Under the pieces are notes generated by a model. It ran no database searches. It was not told where the DNA came from and saw only the letters and a list, made by a program, of their open reading frames with translations. Position numbers and translations under genes: made by a program. From Gemmataceae bacterium (lineage in GTDB: Bacteria; Planctomycetota; Planctomycetia; Gemmatales; Gemmataceae), in contig JAXMBA010000002.1 of assembly GCA_046350095.1 (NCBI GenBank), positions 1,532,718 through 1,564,717 of the forward strand: a DNA stretch of 32,000 nucleotides, in the 5' to 3' direction. Shown here in pieces: positions 22,787 to 31,999 of the stretch. The first letter of the stretch is position 1, and every line of letters starts with the position of its first letter.

Positions 22787-24351
22787 GCACCCCCGGTGCC
22801 TCGACGCGCCGCGACCGCCCGGGCGCGCCCGCGGCTGCGCCCGTTCTCCGAACGCAGATCGTCGATCACGGCAGCCACCCCGTTGCGGCCGGGGCTCGTC
22901 GGCGCGCCTGGATTCCCGTCGTCGCCGTTGCCGGCGTCGTCGCCCTGTTCACCGCCGGGCTCGGCAGCCGAGAGCTGTTCAGCAGTCACGAGGCGCGCGC
23001 CGCCCAGAACGCGCAGCGGATGCTCGACACCGGCGCGTGGGGGCTGCCGGTCCTGTTCGACGGGCAGGTCGATCTGCAGAAGCCGCCGGGCTACTACTGG
23101 CTCGTCGCCGCCGCGGGGTGGCTCAACGGCGGCACGGTGAACGAGGCCTGCGCCCGGCTGCCGGCGGCGCTCGCGGGGCTGTTCACGGTCGCGCTCGTGT
23201 ACGGCTGGCTGCGCCGCGAAGGCCGATCCGTGGCGGCGGCGGTCGCGGCGCTGACGCTGGCCACGGCCGGGCACTTCACCGCGATCTCGCGCACGGCCCG
23301 CATCGACGTGCCGCTGACGTGCGCGGTGGCGGTGACGCTGGTGGCCTTCTACCGCGGCACGCGCTCGACGCGCCTCGGCCCCTTTCTCCTCGCCGCCGTC
23401 GCCGCCGCGGTCGGCGTGTTGCTCAAGGGCCCCGTCGCCCTCGCGCTGGTCGGCCCCGCCGCGGTCGCGTGGCTCGTGGTGAAGCCGCGCGGCGGTGGGC
23501 TCACCGTCCCCGCCGCGCTCCTCGGCGTCGCCGTCGTGCTGGCGCTCGCCGCGCCGTGGTTCCTGTGGGCGAACGCCGCCACCGACGGCGAGTTCGTCCG
23601 CGTCTTCTTCTGGCACCACAACGTCGAGCGGTTCGCCGGCACGTCGCCGACGCTGGCGTCGCACCCGGTGTGGTACTACCTGCCGCGCCTCGCCGCCGAC
23701 TTCCTCCCGTGGACGCCCGCGCTCGCACTCCTGACGTGGTGGGCGGTGCGCGCCGGCGGCTGGCGAACCGACCCGCTGTTCCGCTTCGGCGTGGTGTGGT
23801 GCGTCACGATGTTCGCGGTCCTGTCGGCGGCGAAGTTCAAGCGGGCCGACTACCTCCTGCCGCTGTACCCCGGCGCCGCGGTCGTGCTCGGCTGCGCTGC
23901 CGAGCGGTGGCTCGCCACGCGGTCGAACCCGCGCACCGTCCGCCGGGCGACGTGGGCGTTCGCGCTGGTGCTGGCCGGCGTCGCGGTCGGCTGGGGCGTG
24001 GTGACGCAGGTCGTGGAGCCGGCGGAGGAGGCGCGCGAGGGGAGGCGGGCGTTCGCCGCGTTCATCCGCGCCGCCGCGCCGCAGCCGGAACCGGTGCTCA
24101 TGTTCCGGGCCGAGTCGCACCTGCTGGCGTTCCACCTCGGCCGGCCGCTCGACACGAAGGTGGAGTGGCACGACCTGGCGGCGTGGCTGCGCGAGCCGGG
24201 GCCGCGGTTCGTGGTGATGCCGCCGGAGTACGTCTACCCCGCCGCCGAGATCGTGAAGGTGCGGCGACTGGTCGAGGTCGGCCGGCTGGAGCAGTTCACC
24301 GGGGCGAAGCCGCCGCGGCCGCTCGTGTTCCTCCGCACCGCGGACGAGTAG
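22783..24351 (+). CDS. GT-C fold glycosyltransferase, PMT_2 / ArnT-like (GT39/GT83 family)
   Basis: GTG at 22783 overlaps the ABC stop (GTGA at 22783-22786), with GGGAGG at 22773-22778. The N-terminal loop SHEARAAQNAQRMLDTGAW...DLQKPPGYYWL matches the ArnT/PMT_2 signature region. About 11 TM helices. Only the last 522 codons of the 1459-aa track ORF are coding. Confidence 0.8.
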   Translation: MSTPGASTRRDRPGAPAAAPVLRTQIVDHGSHPVAAGARRRAWIPVVAVAGVVALFTAGLGSRELFSSHEARAAQNAQRMLDTGAWGLPVLFDGQVDLQKPPGYYWLVAAAGWLNGGTVNEACARLPAALAGLFTVALVYGWLRREGRSVAAAVAALTLATAGHFTAISRTARIDVPLTCAVAVTLVAFYRGTRSTRLGPFLLAAVAAAVGVLLKGPVALALVGPAAVAWLVVKPRGGGLTVPAALLGVAVVLALAAPWFLWANAATDGEFVRVFFWHHNVERFAGTSPTLASHPVWYYLPRLAADFLPWTPALALLTWWAVRAGGWRTDPLFRFGVVWCVTMFAVLSAAKFKRADYLLPLYPGAAVVLGCAAERWLATRSNPRTVRRATWAFALVLAGVAVGWGVVTQVVEPAEEAREGRRAFAAFIRAAAPQPEPVLMFRAESHLLAFHLGRPLDTKVEWHDLAAWLREPGPRFVVMPPEYVYPAAEIVKVRRLVEVGRLEQFTGAKPPRPLVFLRTADE

Positions 24352-24402
24352 CTTTCCCCGCGGCCAATCCCGGCTTGCCGCCGCCGGCCGGGTGCGGCTA
24401 GG

Positions 24403-26325
24403 ATGCCGCCCGTCATGGACGACACGCCGACCGACGGGTTCCGTCACCACCCGCGCTGGCTGCTTGGCGTGGTGGCGGTGGCGTGCGCCCAGGCCGGCCT
24501 GTTGCTGGGGCTGTTCGGCCCGCACCGCGCGTTCGCCGACCTGCTCGACGACCGGCCCGTCCTCTCGGGCCGGCACCCGCTCCACCTGTACCACGGCACC
24601 CTCGGGGCCGAGGCGTTCCGCGCCCGCGGCGCCACCACCGTCTACGACCCCAACTTCCAGGCCGGGTACGCCAAAACGCCCGTGTTCGACGGCGCCTGCC
24701 GCCCGGCCGAGCTGGTGCTGTGGCTCGCCGGCCGCGGCTACTCGCCGGCCGCGTACAAGGTCGGCCTGTTCGCGCTGCTGCTGCTGGTGCCGCTCGGGTT
24801 CGTGCTGGCCGCCCGCGGCGCGGGGCTCCCCGCCGGCGCCGCCGTGCTCGCGGGGGCCGCCGGCGTGGTGATCTCGGCGACGGGGCCGGTCCACCGCCTG
24901 ATCGACGAGGGCGAGATCGACTACCTCCTGGCCGGGCTCACGGTCGTGGTGTTCGTGTGCTGGCTGGCCCGGTACGCGAAGTGGTTCGGCGTGGACTCGT
25001 GGCTCGTGCTGGCGGTCACGGCCGTGGCCGGGTGGTACGCGCACCCGGTCGTCTGGGTCGGGGTGCTGCCGGTGGTCGTGGTCTTCTACGTGGCCGTGGC
25101 GCCGCGGCAGGAGCTGGCGTGGCACCTCGGCCTGCTCGGCGTCGTGGCCGCGGGCGTCGCCCCGAACGCGTGGTGGCTCACCGACTGGGTCCGGTACTGG
25201 TGGCACCGCGAGCCGAGCCCCGGCGACCCGGCCGCGTTCCCGACGTGGCAGGCCGTCGCCGGCGAGCCGTCGGACTACGCGGCGCTGCTGAACTCGGTGC
25301 CGTTCGGCGTGCCGGTCGCGGTGCTGTCGGCGGCCGGGCTCGTGCTGCTGTGGAAGGCCGGGCACCGCGGCGCCGCCGGGCTCGTCGCCGTCACCGCGGC
25401 CGCCGCCGTGGCGCTGGCGCGGCTGTCGGCCGAGTGGCCGCAGTGCGCCCCGGACACGCCCGACCGCCTGATCCCGCTCGCCGCCGGGCTGCTGGCGGTG
25501 CCGGCGTCGTTCGCCGTGTGGGCGGTGCTGGCCCGGTTCCGACTCGCCGGCCCGCTGACGCTCGCGGCCGTGGCCGGCGTGCTGCTCCTCGGCTGGGCCG
25601 ACGGGCCGACCCGCCCGCTGGCCGCCGTGGCGCAGGTGGACGGCCGCCCGCTGCTGGTCGGGCTGTCGGGCGAGCAGGACGAGTTGGTCGCGGCGCTGAA
25701 GCGGCACACGACGCCGGAGGCGCGCATCCTCTGGGACGACGGCGACGAGCCGCGGCCGGGGTGGAACTGGACGGCGCTACTGCCGGTGCTCACGGACCGC
25801 GCCTACCTCGGCGGGCTCGACCCGGCGTGCGGCGTGGAGTCGGGCTTCTGCCGGATGCAGGCCGGGTGCCTGACCGGCCGCCCGCTCGCGGCCCGCCCGG
25901 ACGCCGAGCTGGACCGCTTCTGCCACTGGTACAACGTCGGCTGGGTGGTGGGGCGGACGCCGGCGGCGATCGAGCGGTGGTCGAAGTACCCGGCGGCGGC
26001 GGTGGTGGCGCGGCTGACGGAGGCCGGCCGGCCGGTGGTGCTGTTCGAGCTGAAGCGGCCGCGGTCGTTCGTGCTGCGCGGGTCGGCGACGTGGGACGGG
26101 GCGACGACGACGCGGGTCACGCTGTCGAACGTGGTGCCGGACCGCGAGGGCGTGGTGGACCTGAGCCTGCACTGGGCGGACGGCCTGCGGGTGTACCCGT
26201 CGTACGTGAACCGCGGCGAGCCGGACTCGACGGAGGCGGTGGACGTGGGCGACCCGGTGAAGCACGTCCGGCTGCGCCTCCCCGGCCCCGTCCCGCGGCT
26301 CACACTGGTGTGGGAGAACCGGTAG
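24403..26325 (+). CDS. Large polytopic membrane protein with a C-terminal soluble domain, possibly a second GT-C-type enzyme
   Basis: About 12 hydrophobic helices over the first ~390 aa, with an acidic first loop (FADLLDDRPVLSGRHPLHLYHG). The ~250-aa C-terminal domain is non-hydrophobic. I recognise no family. Same strand as, and directly after, the ArnT-like gene. Confidence 0.65.
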   Translation: MPPVMDDTPTDGFRHHPRWLLGVVAVACAQAGLLLGLFGPHRAFADLLDDRPVLSGRHPLHLYHGTLGAEAFRARGATTVYDPNFQAGYAKTPVFDGACRPAELVLWLAGRGYSPAAYKVGLFALLLLVPLGFVLAARGAGLPAGAAVLAGAAGVVISATGPVHRLIDEGEIDYLLAGLTVVVFVCWLARYAKWFGVDSWLVLAVTAVAGWYAHPVVWVGVLPVVVVFYVAVAPRQELAWHLGLLGVVAAGVAPNAWWLTDWVRYWWHREPSPGDPAAFPTWQAVAGEPSDYAALLNSVPFGVPVAVLSAAGLVLLWKAGHRGAAGLVAVTAAAAVALARLSAEWPQCAPDTPDRLIPLAAGLLAVPASFAVWAVLARFRLAGPLTLAAVAGVLLLGWADGPTRPLAAVAQVDGRPLLVGLSGEQDELVAALKRHTTPEARILWDDGDEPRPGWNWTALLPVLTDRAYLGGLDPACGVESGFCRMQAGCLTGRPLAARPDAELDRFCHWYNVGWVVGRTPAAIERWSKYPAAAVVARLTEAGRPVVLFELKRPRSFVLRGSATWDGATTTRVTLSNVVPDREGVVDLSLHWADGLRVYPSYVNRGEPDSTEAVDVGDPVKHVRLRLPGPVPRLTLVWENR

Positions 26326-26346
26326 CGACGGCGGAGGACACCGGCG

Positions 26347-26802
26347 ATGGCGAAGCCGCTGCCGCACGACATCGAGGTCGAGGTTGCCCGGCTCTCCGAA
26401 GCGGCGGAAGACCGCGCGGACGCCGAGGACGATTCGGAAGCGTTGGCCCTGTTTCAAGCCGCGTGGGACTTGCTCCCCGACCCGAAGACGGAGTGGGAGC
26501 GGGCGTCGCAACTGCTGGGCGGGATCGCCGACAGTCACTTCCATCTCGGCGCCTTCGAGTCGTGTCGCCGGGCCATGCAGGAAGCGATGCGGAGCGGCAG
26601 CGGGCCGGAGAACCCGTTCGTTTGTCTGCGGTTGGGTCAGTGCCACCTCGAACTCGGCGACGAACGCGGCGCCGCGAACTGGCTCACGGGTGCTCTGATG
26701 GGTGGCGGCCTGGAGATGTTTGAGGAGGAAGACCCGAAATACTGGGCCTTCCTCCGCGAGCGGCTAGACCCGCCCCCGGGTGGGTGGCCGGCGGGGTGGT
26801 AG
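26347..26802 (+). CDS. Small TPR-like helical hypothetical protein
   Basis: Helix-pair pattern (EALALFQAAWDLL..., HFHLGAFESCRRAMQEAM, CLRLGQCHLELGDERGAANWL). Codon usage is consistent with coding. Confidence 0.55.
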   Translation: MAKPLPHDIEVEVARLSEAAEDRADAEDDSEALALFQAAWDLLPDPKTEWERASQLLGGIADSHFHLGAFESCRRAMQEAMRSGSGPENPFVCLRLGQCHLELGDERGAANWLTGALMGGGLEMFEEEDPKYWAFLRERLDPPPGGWPAGW

Positions 26803-26808
26803 GCCGGA

Positions 26809-26900
26809 TTTCAGGCCGAAGGCCTGGCAGCCCTCAGCCCAGGGCGGCGCGACTTCGTCGCTTGCCCTGGGCTGAGGGCTGCCAGGCCTTCGGCCTGAAA
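26809..26900. repeat. Nested palindromic REP/MITE-like element (37-bp perfect arms plus an inner hairpin)
   Basis: 26809-26845 tttcaggccgaaggcctggcagccctcagcccagggc is the exact reverse complement of 26864-26900. The inner hairpin gcgac-ttc-gtcgc is at 26849-26861. It lies between convergent gene ends at 26802 and 26953. Confidence 0.9.
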
Positions 26901-26952
26901 ACCCAGGTGCCGGCGGCGCGGAACCGGTGATGATCCGTCGGGCGACGGGCGG

Positions 26953-27924
26953 TTAGCGGCCGATCACGGTGTCGAACGCCTGCCGCAGCTCGGTGTGGTT
27001 CTGCGGGCGGTCGGCCGGGTCCTTCGACAGCATCCACAGGCACAGGTCCGACGCCAGCGGCGGCACCCCCGGCGCCCGCTGCGCCGGCGGCACCGGCGCG
27101 CTGCTCAGGTGCTGGAAGATCACCTGCACCCGGTTCTTCCCCTCGAACGGCAGCCGGCCCGTCAGCGCCTCGTACAGCGTCACGCCCAGGGAATAGATGT
27201 CCGCCCGGTGGTCCACGGTGGCGGCGTCCTTCGCCTGTTCCGGGGCCAGGTACGCCGCGGTGCCGGCCAGTTCCGGCACGCCGTCCGCCCGGCCGGCCTG
27301 CAGCGCGTCCGCCTTCGCCAGCCCGAAGTCGATCAGCTTGCACGACCCGTTCGGCCCCACCAGCACGTTGTCCGGCTTCACGTCGCGGTGGACCACGCCC
27401 GCCTGCCAGACCGCCCCGAGGGCGTCCGCCATCTGCGACACGAGGTGCAGCGCCCACCCGACCGGCAGCGCGCCGCCGGCCCGCAGCAGTTCGCCGAGCG
27501 GCCGGCCCTCGAAGAACTCGGTGACGAGGTACGGCCAGCGCGGGTCGAACCCGAAGTCCATGAACCGCACCACCTGCGGGTGCTTCACCCGGCTCAGCGT
27601 CAGCGCCTCCGTGCGGAGTTGCTTCATCGCCGCGGCCCGGTCGAACACGTTCGCCCAGTTCAGGATCTTCAGCGCCACGGGGGCGCTGCGTGCGGCGTCC
27701 CAGCCGCGGAAGACGTGGCACGACACGCCCTCGCCGAGCTTGTCCTGCAGCGTGAACGTGCCGACGGTGTCGCCGGTCTGCGGCGGCGGCGGCGTCTCCT
27801 GCGGCGGCTCGGCGGTGACCTCGCGCTGGAGGTACGCCAGCGCCCGCGTGTCGCCCGAGCGGGCCGACACGGTGGCGGTGATGCCGGTGGGCGACGTGGG
27901 CGGGGCGATTTCGCGTGAACTCAT
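26953..27924 (-). CDS. Ser/Thr protein kinase (stand-alone catalytic domain)
   Basis: GEGVSCHVF glycine loop, VALKIL, HRDVKPDNVLV, DFGLAK and GTAAYLAPEQ. Confidence 0.88.
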   Translation of the reverse strand: MSSREIAPPTSPTGITATVSARSGDTRALAYLQREVTAEPPQETPPPPQTGDTVGTFTLQDKLGEGVSCHVFRGWDAARSAPVALKILNWANVFDRAAAMKQLRTEALTLSRVKHPQVVRFMDFGFDPRWPYLVTEFFEGRPLGELLRAGGALPVGWALHLVSQMADALGAVWQAGVVHRDVKPDNVLVGPNGSCKLIDFGLAKADALQAGRADGVPELAGTAAYLAPEQAKDAATVDHRADIYSLGVTLYEALTGRLPFEGKNRVQVIFQHLSSAPVPPAQRAPGVPPLASDLCLWMLSKDPADRPQNHTELRQAFDTVIGR

Positions 27925-27973
27925 ACGGCGGCCGGCAGGGGGTGCCGGTGCGGGTTTACCGGTTAGGAGGACT

Positions 27974-29488
27974 CTAGCACACGCCGTACAGCGGCCCGAA
28001 CTTTTCTTTGAGGTACGACATGAACGGCACCGCCGACAACGACTCGCCGGTGGCCCGGCGGCACAGCTCGCCGGCCCGGTAGCGGCCGCCGTGGCGGTGG
28101 ATCTTCTCGCCGAGCCACGACTTGAGGCGGCCGAACTCGCCCCGGCGGAAGTCGTCGTCGAGCCCGGTCAGCTGCCGACGGGCGGCTGCCATCAGCTGCG
28201 CGGCGTAGAGGTTGCCCAGGGTATAGGTCGGAAAATAGCCGATGCCGCCGAAGCTCCAGTGGATGTCCTGGAGGCAGCCGCGGGCGTCGTCGGGCACGTC
28301 GAGGCCCAGCAGCGCCTTAAAGCGCTCGTTCCACACCCCCGGCAGGTCGGCGACGGCCAGGTCGCCGGAGATGAGCCCGAGCTCCAGCTCGAACCGCAGC
28401 GCGACGTGCAGGTTGTACGTCGCCTCGTCCGCCTCGACGCGGATCAGCGACGGCTTGACCTCGTTGACGGCGAAGTAGAACCGCTCGATCTCGACGCCGC
28501 CGAGCGCGGCCGGGAACGTCTGCCGCAGGCGCGGGAAGAAGTGGTCCCAGAACGGCCGGCCGCGGCCGACCTGGTTCTCCCACAGCCGGCTCTGGCTCTC
28601 GTGAATGCCGAGCGAGCACGCGGCGCCGACCGGCGTGCCGAAGTGCTCGGCCGGCAGGTTCTGCTCGTACAGACCGTGGCCGGTCTCGTGCAGCACGCCG
28701 AAAAACGCCTCGCTGAAGAACCGCGGGTTGTACCGCGTGGTGAGCCGGCAGTCGCCGGGGCCGACGCCGGAGCAGAACGGGTGCGCCGTGGTGTCGAGCC
28801 GGCCGGCGGCGAAGTCGAACCCGAACGCGACGGCGGCCGCTTCGGCGAACACCTTCTGCCGCTCGACGGGGAAGTCGCGCTCGAGCACGGAGCGGTCGGG
28901 CGTCTTGCCGCTGTCGCCGATGGCCTGGATGAGCGGCACGAGGCTGCGGGTGAGGCCGGCGAACACCTCGCGCACCTCGGCCACGGTCGCCCCGGGCTCG
29001 TACTCGTCGAGCAGCGCGTTGTACGGGTGCTCGGCGTAGCCGACGGCCTGCGCCTCCTGCCGCTTCAGCGCGACAACCTGTTCGAGCAGCGGGCGGAAGG
29101 CCGCAAAGTCGTTGGCGGCGCGGGCCTGCTGCCACGCCTGCTGCGCCGCGGTGGTGACGCGGGCCAACTCCTCGACGAGCGACGCCGGCAGCTTGGTGGC
29201 GCGGTCGTACCCCCGGCGCAGCTCGCGCACGTTCGCGGCGGCGTCCGATTCCGGGTCGCGCGCCAGGTCGCTCCCTTCGACCGCGGCCAGCAGCTCGCCG
29301 ACCTTCGGGTCGGTGGCCTTGCCGTGGGCCAGCCCGGCGAGGAAGGCTATCTGTTCGCCGCGGAGGCCGGCGCCCTTCGCGGGCATGTACGTCTGCTGGT
29401 CCCACCCGAGCACGGCGGCGCAGGAGTTGAGGACGCCGAGCTCCTTGGACCGGCGGACGAGTTCGGCGTAGCTGTCGGCGGCGGTCAT
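27974..29488 (-). CDS. Carboxypeptidase Taq-type metallopeptidase (family M32)
   Basis: All five M32 signature blocks are visible: HPF (TAHPFCSG), DxRxT (DCRLTTRY), HExxH (HETGHGLYE), IRxxAD (IRVEADEATY) and GxxQDxHW (GCLQDIHWS). Confidence 0.9.
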   Translation of the reverse strand: MTAADSYAELVRRSKELGVLNSCAAVLGWDQQTYMPAKGAGLRGEQIAFLAGLAHGKATDPKVGELLAAVEGSDLARDPESDAAANVRELRRGYDRATKLPASLVEELARVTTAAQQAWQQARAANDFAAFRPLLEQVVALKRQEAQAVGYAEHPYNALLDEYEPGATVAEVREVFAGLTRSLVPLIQAIGDSGKTPDRSVLERDFPVERQKVFAEAAAVAFGFDFAAGRLDTTAHPFCSGVGPGDCRLTTRYNPRFFSEAFFGVLHETGHGLYEQNLPAEHFGTPVGAACSLGIHESQSRLWENQVGRGRPFWDHFFPRLRQTFPAALGGVEIERFYFAVNEVKPSLIRVEADEATYNLHVALRFELELGLISGDLAVADLPGVWNERFKALLGLDVPDDARGCLQDIHWSFGGIGYFPTYTLGNLYAAQLMAAARRQLTGLDDDFRRGEFGRLKSWLGEKIHRHGGRYRAGELCRRATGESLSAVPFMSYLKEKFGPLYGVC

Positions 29489-29581
29489 GCGCGGCTCCGG
29501 GCGGGTATCATGTCGGTGTAGCGAAACGGGGACGGCTCGGGTTGCGGTCCGGCGCCCGCCGTTCGCCAGTGGGGTCCGCCG

Positions 29582-30133
29582 ATGGGCACGAAGCTGGTGA
29601 CGGTCGCCACGTTCGACCAGGTGGTGATGGCGCAGATGGCGGCCGACGCGCTGCGGGCCGGCGGCATCGACGCGGTCGTGACCGACGCCGAGGTGGTGAG
29701 CATGGACTGGCTGCTCGGCCAGGCCGTCGGCGGCATCAAGGTGCAGGTGCGCGAGGACGACGCCGAGCGCGCCGTGGCCGAACTCGGCCGCAAGTTCGGC
29801 GACGACGGCGAGGGGTTTGGCGCGGGAGCGGTCGAGGGGGAGGACCGGGGCGACGAGCCCGAGACGGACGACGCCCTGCCCGACGAGCCGGACCCTCCCG
29901 ACGCGCCCGCCGACTCCCGCGACGACTACGCCCGCCGGCTGGTGCCGGGGGCGGTGTTCGGGCTGGTGTTCCCACCGCTGTGGTTCTACGCCGTGTACCT
30001 GTTCCTGAATGCGGCGTTCGGCGAGGGGAGCCTGTCCGACACCGGGCGGAACAAGCTGTTCGTCGGCACCTTCGTGCTGGCCCTCGGCTTCCCGGCGGCG
30101 TTCGTCGTTCTCTACTTCTACGGCGTGTTATGA
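29582..30133 (+). CDS. DUF2007-like small domain protein with an acidic linker and two C-terminal TM helices
   Basis: The N-terminal LVTVATFDQVVMAQMAADALRAGGIDAVV...IKVQVREDDAERAVAEL resembles the putative signal-transducing DUF2007 fold. The C-terminus has FGLVFPPLWFYAVYLFL and LFVGTFVLALGFPAAFVVLYFY. The stop overlaps the mnmE ATG (ATGA at 30130-30133). Confidence 0.6.
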   Translation: MGTKLVTVATFDQVVMAQMAADALRAGGIDAVVTDAEVVSMDWLLGQAVGGIKVQVREDDAERAVAELGRKFGDDGEGFGAGAVEGEDRGDEPETDDALPDEPDPPDAPADSRDDYARRLVPGAVFGLVFPPLWFYAVYLFLNAAFGEGSLSDTGRNKLFVGTFVLALGFPAAFVVLYFYGVL

Positions 30134-31461
30134 GCCTCACCGGTAGCACCGCCCCGCACCCGGACGACACCATCGTCGCGGTGTCGTCGGCCCCCGGCCC
30201 CGGGGCGCGGGCGGTGGTGCGCGTCGGCGGGCCGGCGGCGCGGGCGGTGGTGGCGCGCGTCTTCACGCCGGACGCCCCCGCCGCCGAGCGCCACCTGGCC
30301 CCCGGCCGGCTCACGCTGTCCGGCGTGCACTCACCAGTGCCCGCGGACCTGTACGTCTTCGCCGGGCCGCGGTCGTACACCGGGCAGGACGTGGCCGAGC
30401 TGCACACCGTCGGCTCGCCGCCGCTCGTCGAGCGGCTCGTCGCCGACCTGCTCGCCGCCGGGGCGCGACCGGCGCGGCCCGGCGAGTTCACGCTGCGGGC
30501 GTTCCTGGCCGGGAAGCTCGACCTGCCGCGGGCCGAGGCCGTCCACGCCGTCGTCGCCGCCGGCACCGACGCCGACCTGACCGTGGCGCTGGCCCAACTC
30601 GCCGGCGGCGTGACGCAGCCGCTCCACGCCGTCCGCGACGACCTGTTGAACCTGCTCGCCGACCTCGAAGCCGCGCTCGACTTCGCCGACGAAGACATCG
30701 AGTTCGTCGGCAAGCCGGAAGCGCTGCTGCGGATCACCGCGGCGCTGGCCCGGCTGACGAACCTGCGGCGACAGCTCGACGGCCGGGCGGTCAGCGGGCG
30801 GGCGGTACGCGCGGCGCTGGTGGGGCCGCCGAACGCCGGGAAGAGCAGCCTGTTCAACGCGCTCGTCGGCGGCGCCGCGGCGCTCGTGAGTCCGGAAGCC
30901 GGCACGACGCGCGACTACCTCACGGCCCGGCTGACGCTCGACGGCGTGGACGTGGAGCTGATCGACACGGCGGGTACGGCGAGTGCGGCGGACGGCATCG
31001 AGGAGCAGGCCCAGCGGCTCGGCGCCGGCGCGGCGGCGGCCGCGGACGTGGTGCTGCGCTGCGCCGAGCCGGGGGACGCGTTTGCCGGCACCGCCGCAGG
31101 CGGCGAGCTGATCCGAGTGCGGACGAAGTCGGACCTGGGGGGTGACGCCGAGCCCGGCGTCGTGTCCGCGTCGGCGGTGGCGCCGGGGGGCGTGGCCGCG
31201 CTGCGGGCGGCGCTGGCGGAGCGCGTGGCGGCGCTGGCGCGGCCGCCGCTGGCGCCGAGCCAGAGTCGCTGCCGGCACCACCTGGATGCGTGCGCCGCCG
31301 ACCTGTCCGCGGCGCACCGCCACCTGGCGCTGGACGACCCGCCCGAACTGGCGGCGCTGGCCGTGCGGAACGCCGTCGGCCAGCTCGGCGAGATGGTCGG
31401 CGCCGTGTACACGACCGACCTGCTGGACCGCATCTTCAGCCGCTTCTGCATTGGAAAATGA
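30130..31461 (+). CDS. mnmE: tRNA modification GTPase MnmE (TrmE)
   Basis: N-terminal DTIVAVSSAPGPGARAVVRVGG. G1 motif GPPNAGKSSLFNAL, G3 motif DTAG. The hallmark C-terminal FCIGK is present. Confidence 0.92.
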   Translation: MSLTGSTAPHPDDTIVAVSSAPGPGARAVVRVGGPAARAVVARVFTPDAPAAERHLAPGRLTLSGVHSPVPADLYVFAGPRSYTGQDVAELHTVGSPPLVERLVADLLAAGARPARPGEFTLRAFLAGKLDLPRAEAVHAVVAAGTDADLTVALAQLAGGVTQPLHAVRDDLLNLLADLEAALDFADEDIEFVGKPEALLRITAALARLTNLRRQLDGRAVSGRAVRAALVGPPNAGKSSLFNALVGGAAALVSPEAGTTRDYLTARLTLDGVDVELIDTAGTASAADGIEEQAQRLGAGAAAAADVVLRCAEPGDAFAGTAAGGELIRVRTKSDLGGDAEPGVVSASAVAPGGVAALRAALAERVAALARPPLAPSQSRCRHHLDACAADLSAAHRHLALDDPPELAALAVRNAVGQLGEMVGAVYTTDLLDRIFSRFCIGK

Positions 31462-31678
31462 GTCCGACGCATCGGGAAAAGATGCGGAGGCGACTCCCGG
31501 CACTTCGCTCGGAATGGCTTGGTTTTCGTGGCCTTTGGCGGCGTCTGGTCATCGTGCATGAGCCGCCCGGTACACAACCGGGTACAGAACCCAACCGTCC
31601 TTCTCCCGGTCGTGCCCTCGTGACGCGGTCCCGGCCTGCGGGGTGGCGGCTTGCTGCTTACCTCTCCATGAAACGCCG

Positions 31679-31999
31679 TCAGTCCGTGGCGTCGAACCGA
31701 CAGCGGACGACGCGGAAACCGCCGGGCAGCGCGAGGATGGTGTCCACCCATTCGTGACCGCTGAACCGATACCGCACCTGCACCGCCCGGGCGGCTCCAG
31801 ACAACATCCGCGAGACCGCCGTTCCAGTCGTCAGTGATTCGGCCCCGGAGTACGCGGTCGGGGCACCTTTCTCGCGGACGCCAATCACGCTGGCGGCCGA
31901 TTCGAGGTCGGCGAACAGTCGGGTCAGGGTCGGCGCGTCGATCGCCCCCTCAACCATCAGCGGCACCAGCGGCCCGTCGGAGAACGTCGGCTGCGTCAT
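31679..31999 (-). CDS. Hypothetical protein, with the start at or beyond the window edge
   Basis: The 106-aa frame has non-shadow-like composition (MTQPTFSDGPLVPLMVEGAIDAPTLTRLFADLE...). ATG at 31999 is 1 nt from the window end, so the true start may lie outside. I recognise no family. Confidence 0.4.
   Translation of the reverse strand: MTQPTFSDGPLVPLMVEGAIDAPTLTRLFADLESAASVIGVREKGAPTAYSGAESLTTGTAVSRMLSGAARAVQVRYRFSGHEWVDTILALPGGFRVVRCRFDATD

Noticed and set aside
20129-25707. 845-aa (20129..22666) and 1057-aa (22534..25707) minus-strand ORFs
   Set aside because: They are antisense shadows of the ABC, GT-C and membrane-protein genes. They have no motifs and extreme Arg/Pro/Gly/His content.
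24483-29521. 746-aa (24483..26723) and 774-aa (27197..29521) plus-strand ORFs
   Set aside because: These are off-frame or antisense shadows of the membrane protein, the kinase and the M32 peptidase genes. All three of those have convincing translations in other frames.
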